The notes: generated by a model not told the origin, from the sequence alone. A stretch of 64,000 bases of DNA from Ramazzottius varieornatus (GCA_001949185.1 BDGG01000001.1:1982478-2046477); one strand, 5' to 3'. Counted from the stretch's first letter, positions 12,176 to 25,870 are shown. Numbers and translations are program-made.

Positions 12176-15100
12176 ATGAACGACGAGGACTTCATCAAGC
12201 ACCAGCAGTTATGGTTCCGACCATTACTGGCCCGTGCTTTCAGCTCCGCTGCGTTGAATGGTGCCGCGGACTGGAAAAACTACCTGGTAAGGGATTCTTC
12301 GATTACATGCGGTCCGATCCAGAGCTCTCCGAATGGCATACTGTACATGGACTTCTTTTGTTTCCCAGTTTCATTACTTTAGTGGGGGACTAACACCGTC
12401 CTACATCTGTGGAATCGATGCAAATGCTAGCATATCCGGTGTTCTCGACGTCGCTTCGGTGACTCTGCAGTTCGCCATTCGGCACAGCTGCAGCATAGAG
12501 GTGAGGTTGTGATTGTCCCAAAACTAAAGTCCACATACCAATTTGAATCTTATTCTTCTCAGGTGCAAAAAATCGTTGTACAGTTGGACGATTTACACCG
12601 TGATTTGACTGGATGGGTTTCCGGGTCTTCAGGAATCAACCTAGAAAATCAGACTCAATACTTCTTTGACTATGTTGTGGATTTCATGAAAACGTACAAC
12701 CTGGCATCGGGGAACTTGAAGCTGTCGCCGTTTGATCAACATGCTTGGGATCAAATGATTTGGTACGAACTGGAAGCCAGTCATCCGACTGTTAACTCAA
12801 GTGGCGCACGTTTTCATTATGATCGGTCGAGAGCCCGCGCTACTTGGGGAAATGATCTGGGTGAATTCATTTGCCGGCGTCCCTTATTGCTCGTACAAAG
12901 TAGAAACAATCTTAATGACGAAGGCTCGATACACAGTGCTGATGTGTGCATAGGCACCACTGGTCCAAGAAGCAGCAGAGTTTTATTGTTGACGATACGG
13001 ACGACGAATCCTCACCTTCAAACTTCGTTGATGGGCAAACTCTTGTGTCGACCACGCGAGGAGGCATGCTGGAATATTTCCGTTCTCGAGATGACCAAGC
13101 AGCCTTACTGAACACATTGACATACAAGAGACTTACGGCTCCGTTATCCGAGAAAGAAGACATAACGGACGCCATGTACAAGGAGAAGTTTGAGCATCTC
13201 CTACGCGAGCTCGAACAGCGCCGCCCATCGGTTGGGCGTCTGCCATCCAGACCATTCCGCAGTGACCTCATCGCGCTCGGTGCCGTTCCAGCTCCGCTTT
13301 CGTCCTATAAAGACAACGCTCTCAACAACATCATGAAACATTTTGGCCCGAAGAAAGCCCCAAAGCCAGTTATCTTCACAAAATGGGGGCTGGTCAAGCA
13401 CGAACCGGTCAAGAGTCGAAACGACAGTCGGTATGCTAAAAGTCGCGCACGGAAGGAAATTGCGAGAAAAGCCATCGCACCAGTGTACGTTAATGGGGAA
13501 AAGATCGACGATTTCTGGACGTTTGCTGGTGGAGATTCATGCGTGGTTCCGGGTAGCGATACCCTTGACTTTGATATCCGACCTGCGAAATCGAAACAAG
13601 CTACGAAGCACAAGATAGAAGCTTCCCGTGAAGCTGGAGGAAAACAGCAGATTACTGAGCCTATGTTCCAATCAGCCAATCAAGCGGAGAATATTACGGA
13701 GCAGCCTGTCGTTCCTGTGGATGAACTGGTCGAGAAGGATGCCCATCGTGTAATGAGGGAAGAAACCGAGCAGTACCCCGGAAGTGAGACGGAAGATGAC
13801 GCTGAGCTTTTGGATGACTTCGGGGACAGCTTAGCTGTGTTGGATGAGACCAACATACCATGGAACGCTTCATACTCATCGGATGCCAACAAAAAGGCCA
13901 TAGACTCAAAAAAGGTTTGTTCAGCAATTTCAGCGTTCACTTTCGAGCTGTTTTTGTCTTACGCTCCGTAATACTCAGACTACGTGAAGCAGTGGCTTGA
14001 TTGGTGTTTTGTAAGCCCAGAGGGAAGACTCCTCTTCCGGAAATTCCTGTGGCTGTAAAACGGCTGGAACCACGGAATTCGAAAGCGACTCGACTGGACC
14101 AGGAGATCGCACGAGATGTTCGCAGTGGTTTCAATGCGCTAAACTTCTTGTCCTTTGCACTGTTGAGGTGCGCAGCGTGGATCAGCAAGTCGGAAATCTG
14201 GCAGTCCGTCCACGCGTTGCTGGACTCCGGGGCGAAGTACGAGTTCACTGATGGACAGTGGACACTTCGAGGGGTACCAACACAGCCTAAGCGTTTACCC
14301 AGGACTGCCCTGCCACTATTGGGTCAATGTTATGATGCCGACGGGCACCCGCTCTTTCTTCGGAAAGTTTTCTTGGTGCAACCGAGCACATCTTCGTTCT
14401 CATCGGTATAAGCATCTGCGCTTTGCCCATTCTCAACCGATAGCATTCTAAACGTTGCTTTGACAGTGGTTCTCCGTGGAGTTGTGTTATACCATAGCGA
14501 AGATTATAGAAAGCCTTCCTTACGCTTCGGAGCCGTTTGGCGGACAGGTATCACACTTCAATTCTTTCCCTAACGTTTCTGCGTAGTAAACTTCCGGGTT
14601 GTAGGAAGCGCGAACAGCGTGGTTGGAGTGCGGTAAATGTTGTCCAAGAATCACTTCCCTGATGGACGTCCTTACTTGCATCGTGAAGATCTTGAACGAA
14701 ACTCATCAAGACTGTCCACTCGGATTGTTCCTGAGTACGAATCAACTGTTCAAACGCAATGCGGTAAGCAATGCGGAATATTGTTGAGCATGAAACAAGC
14801 ATTGATTTCCTGCAAACTTTCAAGGAAAATGGAGTTTATATGATGGAAGACCGCGCAGCCATGTCATCCGAGGACCTTTCAGCCTTCTATGAGACTCTGC
14901 TCACCGAGTTCCCCAGCATCGAATTTATAGTCGACGCATTTGCTGACCATGTAAGACTGTTGTCTGACGCTCTTGTGGACAGCTCAAATATTGATAGATC
15001 CGTCACATTATGTTGCTTCACAGGACCAATGTGGGGACCACTATCTGCGTCACTTGGAAGAACTCGGACGCTGTCAGTTTTACCGCAGCCGGAAAGTGGT

Positions 15101-15430
15101 AAACGGAATGCCGGGGAACCGTTGCGTGTTCCTGAACCCGAGAACCCAAGTTTCCAAGCTAGTGGAAGATGTGCTTTATGCCGGAAGTAAGAGACGATGA
15201 AACCCAGCTGTTTAGTCTATGAACTTTACTGTACACGTACGCTTAATGTTTTCACAGGTGCAGGACAGAAAATCATCTTGGGAAGTGATGCCGGGTTGGC
15301 ATGGGAAACCAGCACGGAATATCAGATTGCGCTCGGTATCGGGGCAGATTACTTCGTAGCGGAGGGCTGCTCCACCCAGCGGCAGTTGAACAAGCTAGAC
15401 GAAATCATTGCTTGCGAAACCAAGACTTAG
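12176..15430 (+). CDS. Enolase-4-like (catalytically degenerate enolase fold), multi-exon
   Basis: Spliced from ATG 12176 (exons 12176-12286, 12369-12500, 12563-12762, 12954-~13914 and others) to stop 15430. C-terminal segments SSEDLSAFYETLLTEFPSIEFIVDAF and IALGIGADYFVAEGCSTQRQLNKLDEII resemble enolase barrel motifs; the N-terminus resembles the ENO4 N-terminus. Confidence 0.65.
12775..12878. repeat. Palindromic element in ENO4-like intron 12763-12953
   Basis: caagtggcgcac-N25-ccgcgctacttgg...gatctgggtgaattcatttgcc. Confidence 0.85.
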
Positions 15431-16097
15431 TTCCATAGCTGAGCCATCTATTGAGCTCAGAACTATGCACAAAATCAATTAAAGACTACTGATACTGCAG
15501 TAGTACGTGCTAAAATGGTGTTGGGAAACATGCATTTTCTGTCACGTGATTTGTGGAAAATTGACAGCTTTAATCGATACATTGTAGGGTAGTTTATCTA
15601 AACTTTTTGCTGAGTACCTACATACGTCGAAGTCAGTCTTCCCACTGTGCTGGTCGGCGTATATATGATGCCTATAATTACGCTCCGAACTAATTTTTGG
15701 CTCATAATGGTTGTCGTCAGGTCCTTAGTTTATGGAATAGAAACACTTCGCGACGTCTTGTGAGTATCAGGACAGGAAGCGCAACAAGAAATTCGAAGAA
15801 ATTTTCTCATCAGTCGTATCAAGAGCTTATATTTAAAGCTACACCACACTTAAAGTGACTTTGGTTTGTTCCAAGTCTCTCGTCTTCACTCCACTGTCTT
15901 GGATAATTGTTCGACGTGGGTATTATGGGATATTATTCTGACATTAATCAGTTTCAACTTCTACTTTCTCATGCGGCGCACACTCGTAAAATTATGCACC
16001 TATTCCGATGCGTTGTCTGACATGAAAAGCTAGTTTTCTCCAGCGCTTCCCTGCGGCAACCCTCAGCTGGGAAGTCATGGGAACAACTCAGTGATCA

Positions 16098-19000
16098 ATG
16101 ACGATGACGACAGACGAGCGAAGTGAGCACCGTTCGGTTTCCCCAGTAAGATACGATAATCAAGATAATTAATGTTAGGATCTGCTGCTGGCAAAATGGA
16201 TAGTCAAGGCTATAGTGGCATGATCACAATATGGCCTGAGTGGCTAGAGCAGGATTTGCTACAGGAGAAATGGAACGCACAAGCAGGTGGACCAGGAACA
16301 GCCAGCGTCAAGGATCCGAAAAGCAAAGGAACTTTTTTCGAAGACCCGGAAGGTCGTACTCGCTTGCCTCATACTCTCGCCCTTCAGCAAGCTGAATGGA
16401 AGCGCCCACAAGAACTTTTCGGTGATAACCTGTGCATAGTCCGCAACACCAACCATATTGACCTGAAAGAACCCAATGCGCATTTGATGCACAGTGAATT
16501 CATCCGGCATTACTTGAGCCATGTCATGCTGTTGTGGTACAACGCTCAACGAAAAAAACTCAACATAAAGAAGACGCCAATTGCTACTACGCACGCCATA
16601 CCTGTCGTGTACACGCCTTCGGAAATTCCGCAGAGTGCCAAGTCGACCGTATACAACAAAGATTCCAAGCACAACATGCCTAACAAGGATGTACCGAACG
16701 CCAAACCTGCTCCTACTGAACCTGCTGGTAAAGCGTTGTGTTTTGAGGATCCGATGAATGACTGGGCTCCTTGGAATTTGATCTATGGGGGACCTCCTCA
16801 GTCCACTGCCAGAGCACCAGTTGGGAAAGGTGATGTACCACAAGGCCATCCTGTGGTCAACCTACCGCAGTACAAGTATGGTGAGCCAAATAACGTACAT
16901 GTCATATGAATAGGTTTCGAATGGTTGGAAGTTTTTCTGATACCAGCTTGACTCTTTTTGGTTGGCATTAGCCCATATGGGAAGTACGCCGTGAAGCTGT
17001 TCTGGATGGGCTCTTGGAGGAAGGTCATCGTGGACGACTTTATTCCCGTGGACGAGAAGAACCGGCCATTACTTCCGGTCTGTGAAGAGAAGTACGAGTT
17101 ATGGCCAATTATTCTGACAAAGGCGGTCTTAAAAGTGGTCTCTCTGGACTTTGGCGGTGGTACGGCTAACTCGGAAGTCGGCGACCAAGCTTTCATTCTC
17201 AGCGTCTTAACCGGCTACATTCCATACGTTACTTACCTCGATCATCCACAATGCACTCGCAAAGCTGTATGGAATAGGCTACAAGCGTACGTCTATAACT
17301 CTGATGACAATTCGAGTCGTCCCTTCTGTCAGGCAAAATAATTGCCATAGTGGAGCGACGGCAAATGGTTTCACCCAGATTGTTTAACAGGATTGGCGCA
17401 CCTTTTCACTGCAACCGTTCGAGATATGCACCACTTGAATCAACGATCTGGGTCAAATTCCCCCAGTCCCCCCATTTACCCATGTCCCAAATTTTAAAAA
17501 CGAATATTTGAATATGAATTTCCTTTTCCGTGTTAGGCTGTTACCATTAAACAAGAAAGCGACGTCGGAGGACCTGCTTTCAGCTCTAGCCGTTAACTGG
17601 GACGTTAGGAACCCAAGAGCCTTGAAAGCATGGAAGAACGAAAACGACCCTGACTACCTAAAGAAGATCGAATCGATCCGAGGTCTTCGCATTCAGTCCA
17701 GCGCAGCCAACGCCCAAGGTGTCGGTGGAGTGACGTTAGCCCAAGTATTGGAGAAGACGCCTTCGATGTTGAACACCTTGACTCCCAAGACAATGGCTCG
17801 TTCAGCCAGCGCTCGGAGTACCAGTGCAGCACCCAGGAAGCTCGACTTCTCCATCTCCCCAACTGTTGTACAGTCGCCATCTTCACAAGATACCCAAAAG
17901 GCACCTAAAGTACCGAAGACACCGGAAGTGATCGTGTACGCCACCTATCGTAGTGCTCACCACGACCACAAGATATTCAACCCGAACGCTAACTCGAGAT
18001 CGGACAAGCTGTACAGTAATGGGTTTCTCCGGACAGAGTCCCATCCCATTCTTATTCGGCAAATAAGGGATATCTATCCCAGAGAAGTGACGGCTTCACC
18101 TGTTCCCAAGTTCAGACTGTTCAGACCGTTGAAAAATGTTTTTCCGAGTTTTTCAAAGGAGATTGCGCGAGCTCGAAGGAAGAACTCACGACCTGTTCGA
18201 TCAGTTGATTTCTTGTCGTTATTCTGGACTGGTAAAGGTAAGGAATATACTTCGTTGTGCTCAGTATCGGATTTGTCGAAGTTCTTCGGAAATGGGAGCT
18301 CGGCAAACAAACTCGACCAGATCGTTTTCACAAGTGGCGTACGCTTTCGGTTATACTGACTGGGAGAGCGCGCCACTCGAGGCAAGAAATCTGGTCGAAT
18401 TTGTTTGTCGAGATCCTAAATAATAGTTTTCAACTGATTATGCGTTTTTGTAGCGAAATTGATTCATCAAACTTCGAACAGAGCAACCGCATTAACAGCT
18501 AGTCGCACAATAACCTGCAGCTACTCCGAGGAGGATCCCACTCAAGCCAGATACAAACCTATGGACGGCTACAAACCAACACTTCCAGCACTGCCGGAAA
18601 ACAGCCAGTACCCCAGAAAGAAAGTCCGACCACCACCCGAACCCACAATTGAGCCCGTCTCCCCTCCACCAACTCCCGTTCACGGTGAGAAGACTACAGT
18701 CAAGCACAGCAAACCCGCCGATGCCAAACCGGGCGTGCCACCACCACTCGAGGTGGCGCCCCTTCCTCCTGTGTGCCCGCCAGCCGACAACACTTCGTCC
18801 CTACAAAAGAAGTGTCGATTGAACAAGGGGTGTCTAGAGTTTAACCAGTTCTACAACAGTCTAGAAAGTGTGTATGTCTTTTGCAAACCTGAGACCGTCG
18901 ACTTCCAGTCGACCTTTTCGTTCTACCAACCGAATATCCTGGCCGATGGACGTCCACCACCTACCAAGAAGAAAAACAACGAGGCGTCGCAATTGAATGT

Positions 19001-22000
19001 GGACAAGGCTGATGGTGGTGCCAAGTCAGCACCAGCCAGCGTGAAATCTCCGGCTAGCCCGCTTCCTGTCAAGTACGGGAAAGTAACAACTGACTTACCC
19101 TGTCCGCTGCTTTTCGTCGATAACCCTTATCCGACCAACGTGGTCATTTGTGTCTCGGCGTTGTCTCGATGGTTTTACATTCCAAAAACTGATCTGAAAA
19201 GTCAGGAGAAGCTGAGCATCGCTGCAGGCACTATGGAGGAGCTTAAAAGTAGGTCATGTTCTTGATCAAACTCCGTTCCGTAACACGCTTGCTTATATCG
19301 GGAGTCAGGGCGTTCGCCGATCAATTTACCCAAATCGTTTTCCCAAGTGGGGCACGCTCTCAACCAACAGCAATGAACGCGTGCGCCGCTTGGGAAAACG
19401 CTTCGGGATAATTCATATGCCAACGTCCTACTGTATTTTCTCAAGTTCAGCAAGTTAGTGCTTCTTCGGTTAGCTTGTCGATTGCCGAATCGTTTCGTGA
19501 TTTAGATATGGAGAAGCCACTTCCGCTTATGGTGTCTTTGAAACCTTTCGACTGGGTGCACATCACGACAACACAGCCAACTTTATGGACTTTGAAAACG
19601 TCCTCGGTACAAGGAGTCTGTTATCACGTACCTGCTGGACGACATGTCTTCCATCTCAAAGTCGTTTGTCCTGGAAGAAAAGACTTGGAGCCTCATGGAT
19701 TCGTCATCCGGGCATTGTGCAGGGATCCTGTCCAGATCGGCACAGAAGATGCCATCCTAAAAGTATTTAGCATGGCTCCGCAGTGACGTCCAATTCAGTG
19801 ACGTCACTGCGGAACGTTTATGTCATATCATGGTATATGTTATGTGCTATGTCATAAGAAAACAACATCTCAAACAGTCTGTTTGCAGCTTTTAGGTTCG
19901 GATTCTTACCAGTATTCCGCCTTGGCCCGGAAGTCCCTCATCCCACTCCTACGATGGTGGAAGCTGAATGGAACTGTCACATTCACCCATCCGCCGCATC
20001 GCGACGTGATCAGTGTTCTCGGGCTGGAGGAGGATGCCTGCGACAAGCAGACCCGCCGGATATTCTCCGACGCCATGCTTCACGCGATCTACACAGCCAT
20101 CCAAGTTTGCCTCAAAGAGTTCTGCACGGCCAAAATTGTCTTTGTTTTGCGAGTGTTCCTGGGAGATGTGATCACGAAGAATCCTTTGAACCTGACGACT
20201 GCTCAGCTGGCCAAGAAAGACTCCCGAGTTATCACTATTCCTCCCACTCCAACCAAGGCTGAATTGCATTACATTGCGAAGCCCGTCGAAGGTCCACCGT
20301 TGGGTAAACGAGGCAAGAAGGGCGGAGGAGCAGAAACCGCTTTGCCATCGGCTAGAAATAAACAGTTGAATCCTGATAATGCGGCGAAAGAACCAGCGAA
20401 AAAGGAACCTGCAAAGAAAGCACGGGAACCAACCGAACCTGCTATCAATCTGCAACAGGCGAAAGGGTTCGTCTACTTCCAGCTGTACTTCCAGGTGGCC
20501 AAGTCATCCCACATCCGCGAAGCCCGGATGAGCGGGAGCAAAAGGAAGGAGCAAGTATTGAGAACTGCGCAGGTAAAACTGGGAAAGATTGGAATGAACA
20601 CTCTCGTCTCACACTTATCACGTCATATCACGAAGTGTGCCAGTGTGACATTGTGTCATGTCATGTGACGTTGCAATAGGAGTTACTGGATGCCATGCTG
20701 AAGAACGAGTACTTCTTCGCCAACTGTTTCTTACGCACTCTCTGCCGGAATCTCCCCGAGAGTTGGCTGGATCTGAAATTTTTTTATAGCCAAGAAAAGC
20801 GGTTCATTTTCAAAGAATACAGCGGCAATTTCCCTGAGCTACCACCTCACACGTGGAAGCTGTTCTTCCGGGACACATTCTTCATTAACGAACCCATGGC
20901 AATCGCGTTCAAGCTGACCACAAACGTCACTCCGTGCAGGCTGTCCGTGGTTGACAATGACACTGGTAAAATATGGAAAAACTCGTTTTAAGACTTAAGA
21001 CAGTAATTAACCGTCTGACATTTGTTTTTCAGGTGAAGTTTGTCCGACCGCGCTGTCCCACCCACTGCCTCACTTTTACGAAAAGAACAACAATGGGTAC
21101 TCTGTCGTGGCCGAAGCGAAGGCTGGTACCGTAGCATGGAGAGCTACTTCCTGGTCACTCAAAATCATCGAAGCTCTTGATCCATTCAAGCATGAAGTTA
21201 CTCAATCAGATACCCTTCTCGTAAAATTCAACAGTCCTTCACCCGCAACAAACTTTTTAACCAAGGAACTCACGTAAGACATCGTTCCTTTATTCCCTAC
21301 CTCGCCGAAAAACCTAAACGCCTTTCATTTCAGTGACTACTTCCTACCCGATACTTCGGAGAATCCCACAATCGCCAGCATAGCGATCAAGGTAAAAGGT
21401 CCGCAAAGTCTTGCGACCATTTGCTTCACCACTTCCAACAGCGATTGTCTCTTTGTGTTGACCATCTTTATCGACGGAAATCCCATTCGTAAAGTGAGTT
21501 ATGTAGTTCTAGCAAAATGATAAAACAGTGAAATCTGGCCGTGAACAAATGGATGGACTCGGATTCTGTTTCAAGTGGCGCACATCTTTATTGCTATTGT
21601 TTGAAAGCGTGCGTCACTTCGGAAAGTAATCCGGCTCAGATAATCTGCTAACGTCTAATTAAAACTGGATTGCATTAAACTCTTAATAAAAACATACGAA
21701 AAATAATAATGTGAAGCAGGTTACCTTTGTAAATTAGTTTGAAAATCGTTTTTTTACAGGAGTACGGTCGTGGTACTGCGGTGGTCCCCGTCTATCCTTT
21801 CAAAGCAGGACCTGGTATGTCTGAGCAATACCAAATTCGTGTCGAGTGCCTGGAGGACTCTTGGCCTCTCGATGGCGCCGATTGGAAATTCATCTACGGG
21901 GAAAAGTTAAAGCGTCTGGCTGTCGAGTACGGCAGGGACTCACCTGTGCCCGTACAGAGCATTTCTCCACCTACGAAAGAGAAGGGCGGTAAGAAGAACA

Positions 22001-22791
22001 TCAAGAGCACCAGCGCGCGGGATAAGGGCGACAAGTCCGACAAAGAAACCGTAGAGCCTACCAGCGCACCATCCAGTGCTCGAAAAAAGGAAGAGAAAGA
22101 AAACGCAAGCATTAAGACACCAAAAGAAATATTTGACATAAACAGACCACATTGGAATATTAAACTCTTGGTCGACATCACAGACACTGAATTCGAAATA
22201 AAACGCGACACGGAAGCTGAGGAAAATTTCAAAGCGGAGCTGGCTACTGCTATGGCTGTTGATGCTGGCATTTTACAAAGGGGGAAAGAGCAACGAGAAG
22301 ACTTTCTGAAGAAAGCAGCGAACGTTGGATTTCTGACTCCGGATCTTCCAGAGTTCCCCGGTTGGGTCGATGGTTCCGCTCGACTGCGTTGGCCTGCCCC
22401 GATCACCCGGTGTCCTCTGTCGTTCGATGTAGCCGGGTTGGTTGCGCCCTCAGGTGGTGATGGACCAACTGGCGAGATTGACCTATTCGTCCACCAGAAC
22501 CGGATGGCGAAAATGTGCAGAGAGTACGAAGAGGCGTTGGCGAACCGTAGTGCTTTTGTCAAAGCGGAAAGGACTGAGCGCGATCAGTTCATTCGGAAAC
22601 AAGACGAGTTTCTGAGAAAGCTCATAGATACGGCTGTAGGTAACAGGAGAAAGTACGTGGAGCAGCGGGAGGTTTTCAAGAAAGAGTTTGACGACGTAGC
22701 TTTGGAGGAGCAACGCCGACTGGTGGCCGCTCAAGCCAGCTCACCTGTGCCAAAGGCGGACGAAAAGCACAAAAAGGCAAAGAAAGGATGA
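16098..22791 (+). CDS. ADGB: Androglobin (calpain-like domain, permuted globin/IQ region, coiled-coil tail), multi-exon
   Basis: IWPEWLEQDLLQEKW...FFEDPEGRTRLP...WKRPQE, YGKYAVKLFWMGSWRKVIVDDFIPVD...ELWPIILTKAVLK and FKEYSGNFPELPPHTWKLFFRDTF match recognisable androglobin segments. Probable first exon MTMTTDER at 16098. Confidence 0.88.
17359..17460. repeat. Palindromic element in ADGB intron
   Basis: ggcaaa...cccagattgttt...ttggcgcac-N24-atgcaccacttg...aacgatctggg. Confidence 0.8.
18301..18410. repeat. Palindromic element in ADGB intron (near-complete copy)
   Basis: cggcaaacaaactcgaccagatcgtttt...caagtggcgtac-N25-gcgcgccactcg...atctggtcgaatttgtttgtcg. Confidence 0.92.
19316..19424. repeat. 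Palindromic element in ADGB intron
   Basis: cgttttcccaagtggggcac-N25-gtgcgccgcttgggaaaacg. Confidence 0.9.
21537..21650. repeat. Palindromic element in ADGB intron
   Basis: caagtggcgcac-N25-gtgcgtcactt. Confidence 0.88.
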
Positions 22792-22906
22792 TTATTCCAG
22801 CTTAGTTCTTTACAACGTATCATAGATTATTTTTGAGCACAAAGTCTGCTTGAATGCTGAACATACGGAGGTTCGTCCTAAAAGTCAGCGTTGTTATCCG
22901 GGAGGT

Positions 22907-23035
22907 GGGCAAACAAAACGTACAAAACGGCAAACAAAGAGTTCGCTACTTCAAATCTCAAGTGGCGCACGTTTTTATGAAACTGGCTGGAAAAGTTTGC
23001 CAGTCATGATAATTAACTTGTATGTTTTCTTGCCC
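22907..23035. repeat. Palindromic element downstream of the ADGB stop
   Basis: gggcaaacaaaacgtacaa...caagtggcgcac-N24-gtttgccagt...ttgtatgttttcttgccc; left arm partly duplicated. Confidence 0.8.
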
Positions 23036-23323
23036 AGCTCCCATTTGACTCTTCTATTGTTCCGCTGAGTTTCTGTCTTTCCTGAAACTGATTATGAATC
23101 TGAATAGAACAGTCAGTTTACTTGTTGCCGAGTATTTTGAACACCGGGGCCGGAGTAGATCCACGTGAGAAAGCTACAAACACGATCGAAGCATTGTACA
23201 CATTACAAAAATAAGAGACACGAGATCAGCTGCTCGCATTGGCGTCAACCATAATGAGCCAGCGCAATCGTACTTCCGCCGTGATGATAGACGGAATCAT
23301 TGTTTACTGTATGTGTTACAGAT

Positions 23324-23878
23324 TTATCCTTTAGGCGCGCGTTTCCTCCTGCCCACACGTGGCTTCTTTAATCTACTGGCGATTGGTTGACGTGACGCTC
23401 GGAGAACCGCCAAGCGCAGTTTGTGCCGTATCGACATCAGTTCCAGATCCACGTTCACGCTGGGGCTCGTTGCATTGTCCGACTCTCCGGCCAAGTGTTC
23501 CGTGGTGAACAATACCGGAACTGGGTCTAACTTAGCAACATGAACGATGTCGCGATCGAACGCTTGCTGGAGATGTGTCGTCTGTTGAACGGGGTCTTTG
23601 ACTTTCACTCTGGTTCTTTCGGAAGATGCTGGAGACGAAAGACTGCGCCAAAGAGGTGTCCAGTTGGTGGTGAGGTCCATCTCGGCTTTCATGATCCCCG
23701 TAGTCCGTTCACGGACTTTTGGGTGGGACAACGGTGGAGACCTTTGTAAAGGCCGCCGGCTTAGTCCGGTCAGGGTTGCGCGGGGTCCGCTCCAATCGTG
23801 CTTGTTTTTGGCGTCCGCGCTCGGTCCTTTCATAAAGAGCACGCTACCAAATCCCTCAATAAGACTCATGCAGGAGCC
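23324..23878 (-). CDS. Possible hypothetical protein (basic C-terminus)
   Basis: ~185-codon open frame after a candidate acceptor (ctatatctag); no domain recognised; upstream exons unresolved. Confidence 0.3.
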   Translation of the reverse strand, partial: GSCMSLIEGFGSVLFMKGPSADAKNKHDWSGPRATLTGLSRRPLQRSPPLSHPKVRERTTGIMKAEMDLTTNWTPLWRSLSSPASSERTRVKVKDPVQQTTHLQQAFDRDIVHVAKLDPVPVLFTTEHLAGESDNATSPSVNVDLELMSIRHKLRLAVLRASRQPIASRLKKPRVGRRKRAPKG

Positions 23879-24544
23879 TAGATATAGAACAAAAGATAGG
23901 CAATGTCTGAAGATGCTCCGTAGAAGCATTTTTGGAGTGGAGGACCAACAGGTCCTCGAGGCAAGTGCACATACAGAAGCTTCGGCAAATTATAGTGACG
24001 CTAGTTAAGTTCCAGCTGTTCCACAGAGTTTGAAGGGTGCACTGCTGCTGATGAAGGCGACGGTAGACGTTTTTATATCGTTGTTGGATTGACGCACGGG
24101 TGTTTAGCCGAGTTTAAAATGTCAGAAAGCCTCGGAGGGTAGGTCAGTAGAATCAGCCAGAAGGCTAGCTGAAACTTTAGACTTCCATCCGTTTTGGCAT
24201 GCGGGAGACCGGGCATAATACAGCACAACTTCATGAGCCCCACTGCTGTTGCCCGTTGCGTGTTACCTCATTACGTCGTCATATCCGTCAGTGGGTCAAA
24301 GTTGTCCTCTCAGCTGACTTCCTTGCCATATTCGTGTGGCACAATTTCCGGGAAGGTTGATCTGTCCATACACAAGGGAATCACGCCATAACACACGACC
24401 CAATGTTTGAAAAACACTTCGGTACATAATGTACGAAATTCTCTTGCCGTCAGTTGTGAGAATTGACATTAGAATGCGTAATAAAAACATATAAATACAG
24501 CTGTGAAGTCGAAAGGTACTTGAATACCATAATGATCTAGGTAT

Positions 24545-24584
24545 TATCACAGAGTAACCTACTACTGTAGGTTACTCTGTGATA
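24545..24584. repeat. Perfect inverted repeat (18-bp stem, 4-nt loop)
   Basis: tatcacagagtaacctac-tact-gtaggttactctgtgata. Confidence 0.9.
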
Positions 24585-25870
24585 TATGGCTTCCTTTGGA
24601 CCTTTGATAATCAATTACATCTTGAAAAGACTAATTTTTGGGTCCTCCTGTGGGTAAAGTCCTAAATTTACCAGACAAGACACTATTTGCTCGAGACTGA
24701 GTCTAATCTTAACGTCTGGCTAGAAAAAGTCCACTAATACCACAAGGAGGCGACGAAACCAGGACGGGGTCTTGCCGCTCGAAATTATTCTTCGGCAGTA
24801 CGAGTGCTTCGAACACGTCTTTACGAGGATTTGATGAACGCGACAAACTAATCACAGTGCTTCCAGCAACACTATCCTGCGTCAATTTTCGTGGTGTAAT
24901 ATCTATCAAGAAAAGCCATGTGAGCGTTACATCAGTTCACATGGAGAGGTCAAACGTCTTCGGCATTATGACATATTTGAGCGATTGATTGAGCTTCCTC
25001 ATCGCTTTGGCCAAATGGCGACTGCTGACAAGATTATCTGGTCGGTTGACATGCCGTATGTACTCGTACAATAGGAAGGAGCGGCAAAGGTCCAATCATA
25101 TGCGGTATAGCGGAAAAACCAAAAATTGTAAGTTACACGTGCCAGTAGGCACTTCACATGGCTGTCCAAGCTCTAACCGATTGGTCGGTCAGACGATGTC
25201 TGAAATTTGAACTACGAAATTTGAGCAATCGGCCCTCTTCCAAAATCAAGAAAGCGTGCTTCACCCTCGGTTCCGTAAAAAACCTTAGAGCCAAAACCGG
25301 AGGGCTGACATGGATGGCACTCCATGTGACCAGCCATCTCATATTCAAGGTGGCCCTCAGCTCAAGGCTAATGCGGATGAAATTCTATCATATGGGACCA
25401 CATTTTATCTCGAGGACCTATTGCATAACCTTGCACCAGTTCGAAAATGGTCCCTTCCGGAAGTGCTAAGTAGGTTGAGGATAAGATCACCTATAATGTT
25501 CTACAGTATTATAACCAACTACGCACTTGCTGAACGAAAGCGATAGAATATTCAAAGCTATTATCCACAAATCATGGCTTTGGAATTTACTGTAGATCTG
25601 AATTTTTACAGGATTTGAGGTCACCTTCCAGCTGACTGTAGGCTTTTCGATAATCATGACAACAACTGAAAAGTATATCGTGCGAATTTCGCCTCCCTGA
25701 ATGTTCTGCAGTAAACATCGACTTAAGCAGTTCCTACCGGATGAGCTTGCAACCAGGAAGGACAACGGAGGTTATCTTCATAAGCTGGGTTTATTGTCAA
25801 TATCGCATAGAAAGTAAACATTCGTTATTAATTACATCACTGAAGACGATTACTGCGCAGCCACACCGAA

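Noticed and set aside
15965-16010. Possible degenerate element (gcggcgcacac...atgcacc)
   Set aside because: Too decayed and the spacing is wrong; not counted.
21894-22562. 222-aa minus-strand ORF
   Set aside because: Antisense shadow of the ADGB terminal exon.
25016-25546. Possible small spliced gene (MATADKIIWSVDMP...)
   Set aside because: Could not join the exons in a consistent phase; no recognisable domain.
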